A DNA stretch of 34,325 nt from contig JBLWVX010000030.1 of the NCBI GenBank assembly GCA_048268245.1, positions 1-34,325 of the forward strand. The letters are read 5' to 3'. Positions 1 to 8,621 of this stretch are shown here, piece after piece. The stretch is from Arcobacteraceae bacterium. GTDB lineage: Bacteria > Campylobacterota > Campylobacteria > Campylobacterales > Arcobacteraceae. Both the position numbers and the translations under genes were made by a program. Below the pieces are notes generated by a model. It did no database searches. It was not told the DNA's origin and worked only from the letters and a program-made list of their open reading frames with translations. Every line of letters begins with the position of its first letter. Positions within the stretch are counted from its first letter, which is position 1.

Positions 1-1882
1 CAAATAAATCATAGTTTAGTATTTCTTTCTGATTAAATTCATAATCATGAATTTGATTAATAATTTCATCAATATTAGTTAATTCAAATTCACATTCTTT
101 TGCTCTTCTTTCTCTAATTGATAAAATAAAATCTCTATCTTCTTTTGTCAAACTTTCTTCATAAAAATGAGAAATATAATGATTGTATGTCTCATCAATA
201 TATCCATTTAGAATTAGGAATTTCAATAAACCTTTATCATTAAAATCACTACCAAACTCATTAACATTTTCATTCAATAATTCTTTAATACTCAATGATT
301 TAATTTTTAATTTTTTTCTTTCTAACTCTTCAATTAAAGTTCTTTGTTTATTTATATTCTCTTCACTTTTTTTTAGAATTAATGATTCACGTTCATCATA
401 AGGTTTACCATCCATATCTTTTTCTATTTCTTTAAAAGTGTAAATACTAGTATGATAAGAGTTATCCTTTTTTATATTGTTACTACTTTTAAGTAAATTA
501 AAATTTGTATTTTCATCTAAATCTTTTATTGAATAATAGTTGCTATCTATATATATTTCACTTTCATGTCTAATACCTGTTCTTTTTATTACATTGAAAA
601 TATAAATACTTCTTAAATCAGAAACATTATTAATTTTTTCATTTACTATTTTGTTAATATCATCATTGATAATTTTTATTTCTGAATTTATGGTTTTAAG
701 TTTATTAGTAACAATTTCATCTTTCTTATTTATAATTTGATAAACTAATCCTTTTCTATTACTAAGATTTGAAAAATCATCTGGAAATAAATTTTTATAA
801 ACAACCATACTAAAAAGTTTTTCATTTAATAAACTAGCCCCATAAAGTTTTTCTTTATAAATTATAAATTCATTAAAAATATTTTTTAAAAGTCTCATGT
901 TATCAATATATAAACATATATCATTTATAAAACCTTTTCTTAATATATGTTCATTTGCACCTATAGATATTTCATATTTTTTAAGCATTATCTTTAATTG
1001 TTCTGAAGAATTTGAATAGTCAATAATAGGGATTACAGGTATAAGAAAATCAAAAAACTTTGTTCTGTTCTCTCCTTCAAAATTTTCATCTTTTATAGCA
1101 TAAATAAATGTAATAGGTTGTTCTATATCTTTAGAGTTATTTAAAATTAAATTTATTTCTCTTAGTTTAATAAAAATATCTTTATTATTTTCATATCTAT
1201 CTAAATCTTTAAAAATCACTACATCGTAATCTGTTGCCTTAAAGAAATAAATAATTTCATCTAAGTTTTTGTTTAATATAGAACTCTCTTGTGTCTCTCC
1301 TAAATCTATTTCTGCACTTTTTAAATTAACTTTTTTTAAATCAATATTTCCTAATAAGTTTATTACTTTTGGCAAAAAAAGAAATATTCCAATAAAAGTA
1401 ATTACTAATGATAAATTATAAATTACATCATTTTTAAGAAACTCTAAATAAGTAGGTAAATCTTTGTTTTTGTAAGCAATTCAAAAAAAGATACTCCAAA
1501 TAAAAGTATATAATGTATAATCTTTTAAATCTTTAGCACTTATATCTCTAATTCTTTTAAATCTAGAGAATGGTATATCTTCATTTTTAACAGAATAAAA
1601 CATTTTCTGAAGAATACTTCTTTCAACATCTAAACTATCTTTATTTTTATTTGATCCTTCAAAATCTGCAAGTGAAATATTTAAAAAACTATACTCATTT
1701 TTATACTTTTTTTCAAATGTTTTTAAAATACTACTTTTCCCTGAACCATAACTACCTGACAATGCTACATTTTTTATATTCTCATCATCAATACCATATT
1801 TTAATGATGTAGAATATATTCCATTATTTTTTACATCATCATTAGGTGTTAAGTTTTCAAATATATGTTTTGAGTTTTCCAT
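1..1882 (-). pseudogene. YobI-family (KAP-like) P-loop NTPase, interrupted by an in-frame TGA at 1481-1483; runs off the window edge
   Basis: Walker A context ALSGSYGSGKSS. The same frame stays open from 1480 to base 1 with YobI-type motifs: LNKNLDEIIYFF, VVIFKDLDR, RTKFFDFLIPVIP, DNMRLLKNIFNEF, KLFSMVVYKNLFPDDF, LILNGYIDETY. Confidence 0.85.
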
Positions 1883-1950
1883 AAATACAATAATTCCTTA
1901 AATAACAGTTTATAGTTTTTTATTATTTATTATAGCTAAAATACATATAT

Positions 1951-2256
1951 TTAAAAACCATAAATCAAAAAGTCAATAGAATTTTTAATCTCTTCTTTTT
2001 GCCTATCTAAAGAACAAACCTTTTCATTTAGTTCATTTAACAAAACTGTACCTATTTGAGAAGTTATTAGATAAACCTTTTCATCATTTACTATTAACTC
2101 TTTTATTAATCCATTAAATACTTTTTTATCTCTAGATAGAGGTACTACAACTCTTGTATTTAGATGTTTCAGTACATCACTTTGCACATCTAAAAGATAT
2201 GGTGTTTTTTTATTTGTTCTTGGATTATCATTTTTATATACATCAAATTGAGCCAT
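1951..2256 (-). CDS. ccdB: CcdB-family toxin
   Basis: MAQFDVYKN...PYLLDVQSD..L.TRVVVPL and C-terminal IDFLIYGF match the CcdB pattern; 1-nt overlap with the upstream antitoxin. Confidence 0.88.
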   Translation of the reverse strand: MAQFDVYKNDNPRTNKKTPYLLDVQSDVLKHLNTRVVVPLSRDKKVFNGLIKELIVNDEKVYLITSQIGTVLLNELNEKVCSLDRQKEEIKNSIDFLIYGF

Positions 2257-2498
2257 TAGAACATCCTACTATCTTTTAGTATTAATCCCTCTTCTTCTAC
2301 TTCTTTGTTATAAGCATCAATGGCTTCTTTATTTTCTTTGTACCATTGTTCTGCTTTTTCTTCTTTTGAAGCAATATTTAAATAACTCGTTAATGCTTCT
2401 CTAATAATCTGACTTTTCTTTTTTCCTTGAGTTAAAGCTACATTATCTAGTTCTGAAAGTATAGATTCTTCTAGTGTAATTGTCATTTTTCTAGTCAT
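2256..2498 (-). CDS. ccdA: CcdA-like antitoxin with N-terminal ribbon-helix-helix domain
   Basis: RHH-like N-terminus (RKMTITLEE...KSQIIREAL) plus CcdA-like tail (QWYKENKEAIDAYN...G). Start placed at ATG 2498 because AAGGA precedes it. Confidence 0.82.
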   Translation of the reverse strand: MTRKMTITLEESILSELDNVALTQGKKKSQIIREALTSYLNIASKEEKAEQWYKENKEAIDAYNKEVEEEGLILKDSRMF

Positions 2499-2507
2499 TT
2501 TAAATCC

Positions 2508-2526
2508 TTTACCATATTTTACCATA
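2508..2526 (-). promoter_or_regulatory. Tandem direct repeat TATGGTAAA x2, candidate antitoxin operator
   Basis: + strand tttaccata at 2508-2516 and 2518-2526, between a TATAAA -10-like hexamer (2530-2535) and the ccdA RBS. Confidence 0.4.
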
Positions 2527-2558
2527 CAATTTATAAGCTTTATTGTTTTCTCTTATCC

Positions 2559-3331
2559 TTAAGCTAAATAGTTAACATACATACTTATAGTAACTAAACT
2601 CAACAATACCCCAAGAACTAAAGAGTTAATAGCTATTTTTTCATCTAAGCCACCCTTTATTGCTAATACTGTTGCCATAGTCATAGGAGGCATAGCTACT
2701 TCGATGATTGTAACTTTAACCCATGTTTCGTCAATTCCATAAAAGATTTGAAATCCAATTAATACAAGGATTGGAACAATAAGCATTTTTATACACATCG
2801 CCATAGTTACTATATGAAATTTCACAAATATATTTTTTAGTTCAAGTTTCATACCAATTGCAACCATTGCAAGGGGAACTAGTGTTGAGCCTAAAGTTTC
2901 ACTCGTAAGTAATAAAAAGTTTGGCACTTCAAAGTTTTTTGCTATTATTGTCAAAAAAACATCAAACTGGGAGGGAAAAGTACTAAACTTCTTAAAATAG
3001 ACTTTGTGTCATTTTTCTTACCTGTACCCCAGTTAATTACAATCATTCCTAAGGTAACTAGTAAAAAGAATGACCCAAAAATATCATAAATGATTCCATA
3101 AACTATAAAGTCTTGCCCATAAAAAGCATCTATATAAGAAAGTCCTATAAATGATGTATTTCCAAATGTAGCCATAATCATAAAAGTAGCTAAAGTCAAT
3201 CTATCTAATTTCATCAACCTTTCAATGAAATAAGCAAGTACTAAATTAAATAGAATAAATCCTATAAACATTATCATAAGACCTAAGATAGTCCCATCAA
3301 GACTTAAAGGATAAATCTTTGAAAAAACAAT
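2559..3331 (-). pseudogene. AEC (auxin efflux carrier) family transporter, 5'-truncated and frameshifted
   Basis: ATFGNTSFIG and EVAMPPM motifs lie in two ORFs joined by a frameshift at the A7 run 2953-2959. AEC-like sequence begins abruptly at IVFSKIYPL. Confidence 0.85.
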
Positions 3332-3760
3332 TATCAAGGCTTTTAAAAAGCGTTTTACATATAACCAAGTCAATGGAGAAAAGGAGCTTTTAGAGGCTTC
3401 ACTAAAAATAGATTTGATATAGATGATGAATCAATAAAAGACTTGGAAGACTTAGAACCAAAAATAAAAGTTTGTCCACAAAGAACATGTCATACTTTCG
3501 ACTAAAAGGCTACACAGAATCAAACCTTATAAAAATATAGCAAAAACTATTAGCTTTTAAGTATAAATGTAAACTAAAAAATAGTACACATATTGGAATT
3601 TACCACGATAGTATGTTTTCATATGAAGAGTATAGTTATATCGCTGCACTTGAAGTTGATGATAATTTTGAATCAAATAATTCAATAAGTAAATTAAAAA
3701 TCTACGAATCTCTATGTGCTGTTTTTCATTATAAAGGAAAGTATTGAGATATTGCTCAAA
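3332..3760 (+). pseudogene. Remnant of an AraC-family regulator with a GyrI-like effector domain
   Basis: Stitched translation IKAFKKRFTY/PSQWRKGAF...EPKIKVCPQRTC/YFRLKGY...KI*QKLLAF...IGIYHD...YSYIAALEV...LCAVFHYKGKY*DI. Frameshifts near 3363 and 3491; stops at 3538-3540 and 3745-3747. Confidence 0.75.
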
Positions 3761-3763
3761 ATA

Positions 3764-3804
3764 AAAATAAAAAGGATAGGAAACACGTCTATCCTTTTTA
3801 TTTT
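3764..3804. terminator. Bidirectional intrinsic terminator
   Basis: Perfect 16-bp inverted repeat AAAATAAAAAGGATAG / CTATCCTTTTTATTTT with a 9-nt loop, at the stop of the FmdE-like gene. Confidence 0.8.
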
Positions 3805-4396
3805 AAACTATTGTTATTACTTTATCGATATTATTAAATATATTTTTAACTCTATCTTGCCAAAGTTGTGTAAATATTACCTTTTCTTCTTTGCTTGCTA
3901 CTTCTTGCATAATTTTTTGCATTAATACAGAAATTTCTGGATTTGCTGTTATAATATTTGGATTATAGATAAGCTCAACCACTTTTTTATTATCAAGTCT
4001 TTGAAACTTAACATTAGAAGTAATTTCTTCATTAAACTTCATCAATCCATGTCTTTTGAATTTACCATTTAATCCTTTAAACCCCATTGTTTCTGTAGCT
4101 GCTGTAATTTGAGTTATTACATTTGCTATAACTCCTGATGTTCCTTCCGAAGAATCTTCTTTAAAACTTACTAAGATTTCACCTCGTTTTGGTATTTCTT
4201 CTTTATATAATTCTTTTAAAGCTACATAAGTCATAATATATGCTCCTGCAACAGTTGGACATGAATGCCCTGCAGTTTTAACAATATCTAAATATGTAAA
4301 CTCTACAATACCATCTTCACATGAACCTAAAAGCTGTGCTAAATCATCTTGTAACTTTATAGATTCAACTTCATCAAAAAATTCTGGATAGGTCAT
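3803..4396 (-). CDS. FmdE-like (formylmethanofuran dehydrogenase subunit E family) protein
   Basis: GHSCPTVAGAY metal-binding motif; 197 aa. Confidence 0.7.
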   Translation of the reverse strand: MTYPEFFDEVESIKLQDDLAQLLGSCEDGIVEFTYLDIVKTAGHSCPTVAGAYIMTYVALKELYKEEIPKRGEILVSFKEDSSEGTSGVIANVITQITAATETMGFKGLNGKFKRHGLMKFNEEITSNVKFQRLDNKKVVELIYNPNIITANPEISVLMQKIMQEVASKEEKVIFTQLWQDRVKNIFNNIDKVITIV

Positions 4397-4969
4397 CTAT
4401 TTTCCTTTTTTCTTTGGATTAAATATAAATTTATTAAACTTTACACCATCTGGGTAGTGTCTATGTCTTGATATATTGTTTACAACTAGAGCTATAATTA
4501 ATAAAATAAATGCTCCTGTAGAAACAGGATATAAAACATACAAAAAACCCAAATCATGAATATTTTCACTTCCTAGTACAGCTATTAAAGCTGTAGCACC
4601 ACCCGGAGGGTGTAAGGTGAGTGTTAATTGCATCACTAAAATAGAAGTAGCAACAGCAAAAGCAGAACATAATAATAAGTTATCTGAAAAAAGTTTAAAA
4701 GAAATTACACCTACAATGGCAGATAAAATATGTCCAACTATTACATTCCTTGGCTGTGCTAAAGGTGAATGAATTGCTCCATATACTAAAACAGCGCTTG
4801 CACCAAAAGAACCTATCACTAAACCTAAATCTTCATCTCCTAAAATATCTCTATGAAATACTGTAATACATAGTATCCCAAGAAAAGAACCAACCCAAGA
4901 CCAAATAAAATTTGACCTTTCTATTGGTTCTGTATTTATTCTTTTAAATTGTTTGAAAAACTTCTTCAT
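4397..4969 (-). CDS. HPP family membrane protein
   Basis: SFGASAVLVYG..SPLAQPRNV..GH and HPPGGATAL. Confidence 0.92.
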   Translation of the reverse strand: MKKFFKQFKRINTEPIERSNFIWSWVGSFLGILCITVFHRDILGDEDLGLVIGSFGASAVLVYGAIHSPLAQPRNVIVGHILSAIVGVISFKLFSDNLLLCSAFAVATSILVMQLTLTLHPPGGATALIAVLGSENIHDLGFLYVLYPVSTGAFILLIIALVVNNISRHRHYPDGVKFNKFIFNPKKKGK

Positions 4970-4993
4970 CTTTAATTTTGCTATATTCCTCTA

Positions 4994-5296
4994 TTAACCT
5001 GCTAACTTTGCTTTTACTTCATTTGTTGCCATACTTATATTCCAAGCAGGCTCCCATACTAACTCAACTGTTGCCAATTGAACTTTTGGTAGTTCTCTTA
5101 AAACAGCCTCTTCTACCCACTGAACAATCATTTGATGTAAAGGGCAAGCCTTTGTACTAAGAGTCATTGTTATAATAACTTCCATTTTCTCATTACAAAC
5201 AGCATCATAAATAAGCCCCATTTCTACAAGATTGAAACCAACTTCTGGATCTATAACTGTTGATACAGCTTTAAAAATTTCTTCTTTACTATACAT
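4994..5296 (-). CDS. SufT/DUF59 (MIP18/PaaD-like) metal-sulfur cluster assembly factor
   Basis: VIDPEVGFNLVEMGLIY, MTLSTKACP, ELVWEPAW. Confidence 0.9.
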   Translation of the reverse strand: MYSKEEIFKAVSTVIDPEVGFNLVEMGLIYDAVCNEKMEVIITMTLSTKACPLHQMIVQWVEEAVLRELPKVQLATVELVWEPAWNISMATNEVKAKLAG

Positions 5297-6530
5297 CTTC
5301 TTTAAACCTTACCATATAAATAATATCTTTGAACAAAAAAATTGCACCAATACACAACAAACTAACACCTGCTTTATAAATACTATCATCCATGTATAAA
5401 ATACCTATGGTTGTTACTATTACCCCAAAAGATGAAAAATCAAATTGAATATTTGCACTTTTTATAGGAATCATATCAGCTAACATTGGAACTTTTTTCT
5501 TTCCTACATAAGGAGAGAATCTTTCATACCATACAAGAAAAGGGATGATTTTATATAAGTGTCCAGTAATTACAAAAGTAATAAACCCAAAAATACTAAT
5601 CCATCCTATAGCTAATAAAAGACTTTGAACTGGATTGAAAATATAAACTATTCCCATTAAAATTGCTACAAGTAAAGAGATATAAGAAAAAACAATACTT
5701 TTAAAGTAAATATCTTTTTCTATTCTAACTCTTGTTTTATAAATAATAAATATTTGAACAAAATATAAAATAAGAGCTAAAAATGTAAGCATATATCCAC
5801 TATATTCGAAAAAGTTTATATTTATAAATGCAGAGATTAATACAAAAACTATCCCTATACTAAGTAATGCTAAGGCTGTTTTTACATATACCCATGAAAA
5901 ACCATGACTAAGCCAAAACATTGGTAATAAAATTAAAGACATTCCCATAATTGTAATACCTACATAACCTATTAAAACTAAATACACATGAGCTTTAAGT
6001 ATTTGATGAATATTTACATCTAATACACCACTATAACCTAAAGCTAAAATAATTCCAATTACCAAACCAATAAATAAAAAGATATTTGCAATTAAAACAG
6101 TTGAAATTACAAAATTAAGTTTTTTTACCTTTAATATAGTTAAAAAAGTTTCTAACAAAAAAATACTAAATGATATAAAAGCAATAACCCCACCATAAGG
6201 TAATAATAAAGTGTAATAATTAAAACCTATTACCATTAGTATTGTTCCTATTAATAGTAAAGGGTATATTATATAATACAAATCAACTGCAAAATGCCCT
6301 ACTTCTAGTACCACAGGAACTAGTTGTGCCATAGCTCCAAAAATAACCATCATTACAAAGCTCAATAAAAATAAGTGTACCCAAGCAAGGGTATTACTAT
6401 TTAAAGTATGTATATTTGATATGTCAACACTTAAAAGCAAAAAACTACTTACTAGTAAAGTAAATATTCCAATTAAAAAATATGGGGCTATTAGCTTAAA
6501 TGGTGGAGCAAACTCTTGTGAGATATTCAT
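5289..6530 (-). CDS. Polytopic membrane protein (~12 TM) with intramembrane His; type often found with DUF2249/DUF59 genes
   Basis: Highly hydrophobic; WVHLFLL, KAHVYL, GHLYKIIPFLVW motifs; internally repeated halves (QLVPV / LILLPMF). Confidence 0.65.
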   Translation of the reverse strand: MNISQEFAPPFKLIAPYFLIGIFTLLVSSFLLLSVDISNIHTLNSNTLAWVHLFLLSFVMMVIFGAMAQLVPVVLEVGHFAVDLYYIIYPLLLIGTILMVIGFNYYTLLLPYGGVIAFISFSIFLLETFLTILKVKKLNFVISTVLIANIFLFIGLVIGIILALGYSGVLDVNIHQILKAHVYLVLIGYVGITIMGMSLILLPMFWLSHGFSWVYVKTALALLSIGIVFVLISAFININFFEYSGYMLTFLALILYFVQIFIIYKTRVRIEKDIYFKSIVFSYISLLVAILMGIVYIFNPVQSLLLAIGWISIFGFITFVITGHLYKIIPFLVWYERFSPYVGKKKVPMLADMIPIKSANIQFDFSSFGVIVTTIGILYMDDSIYKAGVSLLCIGAIFLFKDIIYMVRFKEDV

Positions 6531-6543
6531 GACTTATCTTTTA

Positions 6544-6864
6544 TTACCCACAAGTATTTTGTGAAAAGTCAGTACTTCTTACTGAGCCACTTTTTTTAGT
6601 AAATATAATTTTTACTTTCCCATCTTCTACATTCTCTTCATGAAATTCAAACTCTTCTTGAACCTTTGGAAATAAACCTGCTGGTGATTTATGATTTATC
6701 ATAACTAATTGCGATTCATCATCTAACAATTGTAAACCTGCCATTGCATTAACCATTGGATCTGGTGGTCCACACATACTTGTATCAAATATATAAGTAG
6801 TTACACCATTTTGAATCTCTTTAAAAAAATCTACTGTTGAACCTAATACTTCTATTTTTTCCAT
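6544..6864 (-). CDS. DUF2249-like / TusA(SirA)-fold small protein
   Basis: DTSMCGPPDPMVNAM..L..L...LVMINHKSPAGLFP; AAGGA RBS upstream. Confidence 0.65.
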   Translation of the reverse strand: MEKIEVLGSTVDFFKEIQNGVTTYIFDTSMCGPPDPMVNAMAGLQLLDDESQLVMINHKSPAGLFPKVQEEFEFHEENVEDGKVKIIFTKKSGSVRSTDFSQNTCG

Positions 6865-6886
6865 TTTAAATCCTTTTATTTACGAA

Positions 6887-6928
6887 ACTATATCAATACT
6901 GATAATATTTCTCATTGATACAAATCAA
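6887..6928 (-). promoter_or_regulatory. Class II Crp/Fnr-type promoter: TTGAT-N4-ATCAA box plus extended -10
   Basis: TTGATACAAATCAA at 6915-6928; minus-strand TGATATAGT (hexamer 6887-6892). Box centre falls at -41.5 if the hexamer is -12..-7. Confidence 0.8.
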
Positions 6929-7038
6929 GAAAATAAACGATTTATATATTAGACAAGATATTATATTAATTATAAAAAAGTTGATTAACAACTAAAATTA
7001 GATAAACTATCATTTAAATTTAAAACAAAAGAGAAAAA

Positions 7039-7371
7039 TTGAAGAAAACTTTTAAACTTGAAGATGGTAGAAGACATCCAGATAGAATTATTGATGCTAT
7101 TAAACACGAAGTTAGAAAATACATCAAAAGAGAAAAAAAGAAAAAATTACCTGAAAACACTGACTTTTGGAAGTTTGAATGTAAAAGTGCTATAAACGGT
7201 GAAGAACCACAGACTTTAGAGTTTGTAGATATTACAAAAGCTATTGATGAAGCAGCAGCTTCAAAAGCAGAGTCATTATATCTTGAGATTATTGCAAAAG
7301 CTACTGTAAAAGAAAAAAAAGTAGTACAGGAAGAAGCAACAGAAGAAAATCCTGAAGAAATTTCAGAATAA
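7039..7371 (+). CDS. DUF6172-family protein
   Basis: MKKTFKL....HPDR...AIKHEVRKYIKREKKKKLPE..DFW.F.C pattern, followed by an acidic tail. Confidence 0.75.
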   Translation: MKKTFKLEDGRRHPDRIIDAIKHEVRKYIKREKKKKLPENTDFWKFECKSAINGEEPQTLEFVDITKAIDEAAASKAESLYLEIIAKATVKEKKVVQEEATEENPEEISE

Positions 7372-7379
7372 TACACTAG

Positions 7380-7880
7380 ATGAGTCCACTAGCACTTTAT
7401 ATTATAGGAACTTTGTCTGTACTTTTGCATGGTATTGGTACAGCTCAAACAAGTCCTGTTTTATCTAAACTTTTTATAGGAAGTGCTGTAGTACTTATCA
7501 TCCCTGATTTATATTATAGTGGTGGTTTACATGGTGCATACCAATCTATAATCATTGCTATATTATTCTTTCTTGGAGCTTTACAATTTGAAAAGATTGA
7601 AAAAATTGTAAAGCTATTTTTACCTTTTTTTACCCTATTTCTATTATTTAAATTACAAGAACCCATAGGAATACTTTTAGTTCTTGCAGGAATTACAACT
7701 ACATTAGCAACTATTGCAAAAGACAATATCAAAGTAAAAAAACTTTTATTTATATCACTTACGTGTTGGGGAACTTATGCCTTTTTCAATCAAGCATGGT
7801 TCACACTAGCCTTTGATATCCTTGGAATACTTGGAATATTTTACTCTCTACATAAAGAAAAGCAACAAGTAATAAATTAA
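7380..7880 (+). CDS. Small inner-membrane protein, possibly YgjV-like
   Basis: 166 aa, hydrophobic throughout; C-terminal CWGTYAFF..AW segment is reminiscent of YgjV. Confidence 0.5.
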   Translation: MSPLALYIIGTLSVLLHGIGTAQTSPVLSKLFIGSAVVLIIPDLYYSGGLHGAYQSIIIAILFFLGALQFEKIEKIVKLFLPFFTLFLLFKLQEPIGILLVLAGITTTLATIAKDNIKVKKLLFISLTCWGTYAFFNQAWFTLAFDILGILGIFYSLHKEKQQVIN

Positions 7881-7970
7881 GTATATTTTGCTTCATCTAT
7901 TTTATAGCAACAATTAAGTATCATATCTCAAAAATTTATAAATGAATAAAAGTATAAAAGGATTATTAGT

Positions 7971-8618
7971 TTGAAGAAAAAAAATCATATTAAAAAAATA
8001 TCAGATTATGCTATGGTTGGTGGATTAGGTGCTATTTTAGTTACAGGTCTTGTAGGATGTAGTGATGGTGGAAACAACCAACAGCAACAAGGTCAAAGTG
8101 ATGCATTTTCTCAAGCTTCACAAAAGCAAGGTGCTTTTGTTGTTATTGAGCAGTCTACTGATGGAAGATATGCTATTGCAGATGAATTCCCTGCTTCTAA
8201 AACTACTATAGTTTTAAGACAACCTGATGGAACAGAGAGAATTTTAACACAAGAAGAAATTGACACACTTGTAAAACAAGAAGAAGCAAAAATTGATGCA
8301 GGTACTTCTGCTCTTACAAACCCAGAAATGTCAAATGGTGGTATGGGACTTGGTGGAGTTTTATTATCTTCAATTGCAGGGGCTATGATTGGTTCATGGT
8401 TAGGTAATAAACTATTTAATAACCAAAACTATCAAAACCAAAGAAAAGCTCAATACAAATCACCACAAACATACAGTAGATCTCAAAGTTCATTTAGTAA
8501 AAGTGCTACTAGTTCTAAAACATCTAGTACAAGTAAGAAAAGTGGATTCTTTGGAAGTAAATCATCAACTTCTAGTTCAAAAAGTTCATTTGGTTCTTCT
8601 AGATCGTTTGGTGGGTGA
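7971..8618 (+). CDS. UPF0323-family lipoprotein
   Basis: Lipobox LVGC, LLSSIAGAMIGSWLGNKLFNNQNY, Ser-rich tail with KSGFFG; directly upstream of the GSP synthase gene. Confidence 0.85.
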   Translation: MKKKNHIKKISDYAMVGGLGAILVTGLVGCSDGGNNQQQQGQSDAFSQASQKQGAFVVIEQSTDGRYAIADEFPASKTTIVLRQPDGTERILTQEEIDTLVKQEEAKIDAGTSALTNPEMSNGGMGLGGVLLSSIAGAMIGSWLGNKLFNNQNYQNQRKAQYKSPQTYSRSQSSFSKSATSSKTSSTSKKSGFFGSKSSTSSSKSSFGSSRSFGG

Positions 8619-8621
8619 TAG

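Noticed and set aside
183..401. 72-aa plus-strand ORF
   Set aside because: Antisense shadow of the YobI reading frame.
1481..1483. TGA recoded as Trp/Sec (alternative genetic code or selenoprotein)
   Set aside because: TGA serves as a normal stop elsewhere (e.g. 8616-8618), Trp is encoded by TGG throughout, no SECIS-like hairpin follows, and the gene carries a second lesion.
3716..3925. 69-aa plus-strand ORF
   Set aside because: Runs through a terminator and antisense into the FmdE-like gene; no RBS.
8460..8618. Ser-rich low-complexity repeat-like stretch
   Set aside because: Normal tail of UPF0323 lipoproteins; not a DNA repeat array.
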